Part shown: in pieces, positions 60,310 to 64,000 of the stretch
Numbering within the stretch: position 1 is the stretch's first letter
Layout of the letters: every line of letters starts with the position of its first letter
NCBI RefSeq assembly: GCF_002571385.2
Contig: NW_019217790.1
Coordinates: 1,399,996 to 1,463,995, forward strand
Direction of reading: 5' to 3'
DNA: 64,000 nucleotides
Origin: Stylophora pistillata
Lineage: Eukaryota
The notes under the pieces: generated by a model
What the model was told of the DNA's origin: nothing
Seen by the model: only the letters and a program-made list of their open reading frames with translations
The model's database searches: none
Translations under genes and position numbers: made by a program

Positions 60310-63259
60310 TTACAACTCGTCCATATCCACCATAAGACTATGTCTATATTGGCTTTTGATTCGATGGAATCTTCTGAAGCAAACAACACCAGCTGCAATG
60401 GCGATTATAAGGACGATTACACCAACCACAATGCCTGCAATAGTTCCTCCTGACATTTTAGCAGCCTTGGTCGCGCTCACTTTCGGGGTCAGACCTGCAA
60501 AATACAAGAAATATTATCAAATATCAGGTTTGTTTAGAAAAAACTCATTCCTTTTTGCCAGGGTGGTTGGAGGATTTTGGACGTGTCACAATAAGATTTT
60601 CAATTTGCAGTTGTGATTTTAAAGCCCCACCCTCCCCCCTCACCATAGTGGTTATGTGTAATAGAGTTCCCCTTTGTACTCTGTTAGTGACCTTTAATCC
60701 CTCCCCATTAGCGGTTCCTTTAGAACTCTAGAATTCTCCGACCTTCCCCCTCCCCTCCCCCACCAAGAAAGAGAAATAACGACTGGTCCTTTATGAGGTA
60801 GGCCTCGGGAGGGAAAATTTATGCCGCAAGCTACAACTCAATCATTTCAAAGCAAATGCACATACTTCTCCCTGGCAGTAAACTGTGATTCCAAAAACTC
60901 AATGGGTGACATGACGAAATGTTCTCCTCAATTGGGCTCTTACCTTTTTTGGTTCCTTTGGTTATTGATGTAGGCGTAGCACTAGGCGAAGGCGTGGGTA
61001 CCTTGGTCGCCGGAGCCGACGTCTTTTCCTTGGTTGATGGCGGAGGTGTGGTTCCCGCAGTGCTAGATACATGTGAGCTGGGTTTATTAGAAGGAGATGC
61101 AGGCGTGGTTACCTTGCTCGCCGGAGCCGACGTCTTTTCTTGGGTTGATGACGGAGGTGTGGTTCCCGCATGGCTAGATACATGTGAGCTAGGTTTATTA
61201 GAAGGAGATCCGGGCGTGGTTTCCTTGGTCGCTGGAGCCGATGTCTTTTCCTTGGTTGGTGGCGCAGGTGTGATTCCCCCAGTGCTAGATACATGTGGGC
61301 TGGGTTTATTGGAAGGAGATACAGTCGTGGTTACCTTGGTTGATGATGAAGGCGCGGGCGGTGTAATTTTATTCGTGGAAGTTGAAGGTGCGATTACCAT
61401 GGTCGATGGTGAAGGTTTGGCAGCCTTTGTACTAGCTGAGGTCGAACTGGTGTTATTTATGGTCGTTGTAGGCGTGGTGGCCTCACTCGATAGTGAAGGT
61501 TTGGGTGTCTCAGTGGTGGGTGCAGACGGCATGCTTTTGTAGTTCGACGTTCCAGGCGTGGTTACCTCGATCGTCGAAGTTGGCTTGGTTACCGTAACCG
61601 ATGGTGAAGAGGTTGAGTTGGGTGTGGTTGTGTCAGTGATTGGTGAGGACGTTGGGGGATAAGTTGACGGTTTAATTGGGTTTAACATTCGTGTTGTTTG
61701 ATGCGTGGTTACGTTGGTTGTTTCAGTTTTTGGTTCAGTTGTACTAATACTGGATGGTACTGTTGACTCCGTTACGGAATTCTTCTTCTGTTGCGCTGAA
61801 AGATACAGACACAAACAAAGATGTAAAAACCACAAATCACTTGCTTTTGGAAAAAAAAAGTCATTGGAACTTAAACAATCCGTAAAATACCTGTCATTTC
61901 CAAAGACATCCACAAACCGCTGGGCCAGTAAACATGGTCCGGCCACTTTTGGAGTTGACAGAGCTCTTGTCCACGTTTTGTTCCGTTTGGGAAAGCTAAG
62001 CAGTATTCTTGGTCTTTGAACACTTTGTTAAACTCTGAACGTGACTCTTTAAATGCATCATCGCACAAAGACTTGCAGGGAACTTGTAACTGCGTAGAGG
62101 TTTTGTTATCGCATGGCGGCGCTATCTCCATACAGATAACCTTACGAAGCTTGGTTGAGTTACCATCGACTCGTTGAAAGATTGTACTTGAATTCACCAG
62201 CTTCTGATAGTCACTCGTAACAGAAGTATAATTATAGCCAAACTTCTGACATTGTTTCAAAACAAGCATGTGACATGTGACATCTGAAAAATGAATACAT
62301 AAAGAACACAAAAAAGTTCAAATGACTTGATATTTTGAGGTCTGTTTTCAGTGACGTTTACGTGTATACTTTTGAGCAAAGAGAGATGGTTTGCGATCAA
62401 ACTTCAAATAATATTTTAGAAGAAAATTATTGCAATTTCAGTTCGGTTCGAAAGCAAATAACAAAAGTAAAAAAAAATTTTGTCATAATTGTTTGCATAC
62501 CAGAAACGGTGAGTCACCTGCTAAACTCAAAACACCTTCTAAAAGGCTTTTAATTTTGAAGCTGCGCCAAATGTTGAATGTAAAACCACCGATGCATGAC
62601 AATTGCGTGTTTCTAGCGTGATCCTCTTGAACTTACACAATTATTGATATTGCAAACTAGTTAGTTTTGCATAACGTTCAGCGGTTACAAATAGCACGGC
62701 TCGAAGAAAATTGTTTAAATATTCAAATCTCCTGGTGACTCGCAAGGCATAATTATATTGCAAATCGAATGTTAGCTCGCGTACTCTACCGAAAAATTGT
62801 CGTGTACTTACTAGAATTATCTGTGCCATTGTCGTTAGAATGGTTTGACTTTGATATACAATTGGTCATCGGAAGAACCTCGCAAAGGCCGCGGAATAAA
62901 GATTTTAATCCATCGCGTTCGCTTGAAGTGTTCCCACAATCAGTTAGAAACTTCTTGCACGTGTCTTTGCAAGGTAGCTTCGGCGAAGAGCATTTCGGAA
63001 TATGAAGCGAGCAAGTCATGAGATCAGACAACGAGGAGCAGTTAAACTTTCCCTGCATGTGGGAAATTAGACTTGACATCTCTTGTATGCTCGAATTCGA
63101 TGCGGAAGAATTGTGAAAGCCCTCCTGTACGCAGTTTTTGAACAAAGTCGTGTTAAGCGGCTGACATTTTGAACCTGAAGCGAAGTCGAGGAGTAAAGCG
63201 TCCAAAGAAACGAAAAAGAAACCAGTGAGAATCCTCATTGTCAATTTTTTTGGCGACAC
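60310..63259 (-). CDS. Double Frizzled-CRD, mucin-stalk, single-pass membrane protein, gene G; exons 62812-63259 (alternative ATG 63238), 61891-62283, 60944-61795, 60310-60494
   Basis: Signal MRILTGFFFVSLDALLLDFASG; CRD1 CSLHIPKC..LPCKDTCKKFLTDC; 8-Cys CRD2 ending LCQLQKWP; 284-codon Thr/Ser/Pro exon; TM IAGIVVGVIVLIIAIAAGVVCF; tail SQYRHSLMVDMDEL*. All introns phase 1. Confidence 0.85.
60985..61320 (-). repeat. Coding tandem repeat, 3 x 111 bp (37 aa), in the gene G mucin stalk
   Basis: gctagatac recurs at 61062, 61173 and 61284; unit PSNKPSSHVSSTAGTTPPPSTKEKTSAPATKVTTPAS. Confidence 0.9.
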
Positions 63260-64000
63260 ATCGACGAGTTCGCACTTCCGTCGACAATAAGGTTATGTGG
63301 TAAGTCGTTATGAGGTAAGTGTGCGTGAGCAAGAATCCGCTGACTCATGGATTTGCTTGACAGACACGCATAAATGTCAAAAGAAGTTGTAAGACTCACT
63401 AATCTTGTTTTATAAACAGGAAATTCATGCAAAAGCTGAACTTCGCTCGGCATCATTTGAGGTTAATAGAGCGATTGATCATTGCAACAACTTGGTAACA
63501 TGTCTTCTGCTGAATCCTTTTTTAATGATGAAAAATTATATATTGGCCTTATTGACCCTTTTTAGAGCAATATATCGCAGGTGAAAGAAAAAACAGAAGT
63601 TTCTAGACTTGTGTCGTAATTTGGACGAGGCGCACTCTCACAACTCATTATCATACTTCTACTAACTATGATATCAAGTAAATAGTCGAGACACAAGAAT
63701 ATGGAGAAAACAATAGATACACAATTGAATGAAATAAGTTATATTTCGACCGGCGCTTGTGATATACAAGGAAAGAAATGATCTCCTGATGGACATGGTT
63801 TTTAATTCCGCCGAAACCTGAATTTTTTCAGGCTTCTTGGAAGATTTCCGTATAACCCCTTACCAATCAAAAACAAAGCCCAAGTCCCATAGGTAATCTG
63901 TTGTTTTGCCTCTGTTTTCTTTTATCCAGCGCACAACAGATGTCGGTATTGAACATAGCCTTTGTACATTTGATTATGAAAATTGCATATCATTAAAACA

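Noticed and set aside
60310-60324. C-terminal MDEL of gene G as a KDEL-type ER retention signal
   Set aside because: It is on the cytoplasmic side of a type I membrane protein, out of reach of KDEL receptors.
60919-61542. 207-aa plus-strand Val/Gly-rich ORF
   Set aside because: Antisense shadow of the Thr/Pro-rich mucin exon of gene G.
18768-63259. Calling the CRD genes Frizzled, sFRP, Corin, ROR or MuSK
   Set aside because: Only one TM per gene, followed by a short tail and stop; no 7TM, netrin, kringle, Ig, kinase or protease exons seen.

Overview
AT-rich, intron-containing animal genomic DNA with five N-gaps; the repeat families and gene style suggest a cnidarian, probably a stony coral (inference). 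Left part: 3' end of a RanBP2/Nup358-like gene, a Penelope-like retroelement remnant with hammerhead-ribozyme motifs, a complete ~19-exon MCM7 gene (- strand), and a head-to-head 4-exon GNAT acetyltransferase gene sharing a ~200-bp promoter with an E2F site. From 18.8 to 63.3 kb is a cluster of seven spliced paralogous genes that I reconstructed by hand. Each encodes a signal peptide, two Frizzled-type cysteine-rich domains (CRDs), a Ser/Thr/Pro stalk, one transmembrane helix and a short tail with a conserved tyrosine. This matches no CRD protein family I know and is the main candidate for an undescribed system. MITEs, tRNA-derived SINEs, LINE tails, a dispersed hammerhead-bearing repeat and a CARF-like pseudogene fragment fill introns and intergenic DNA.
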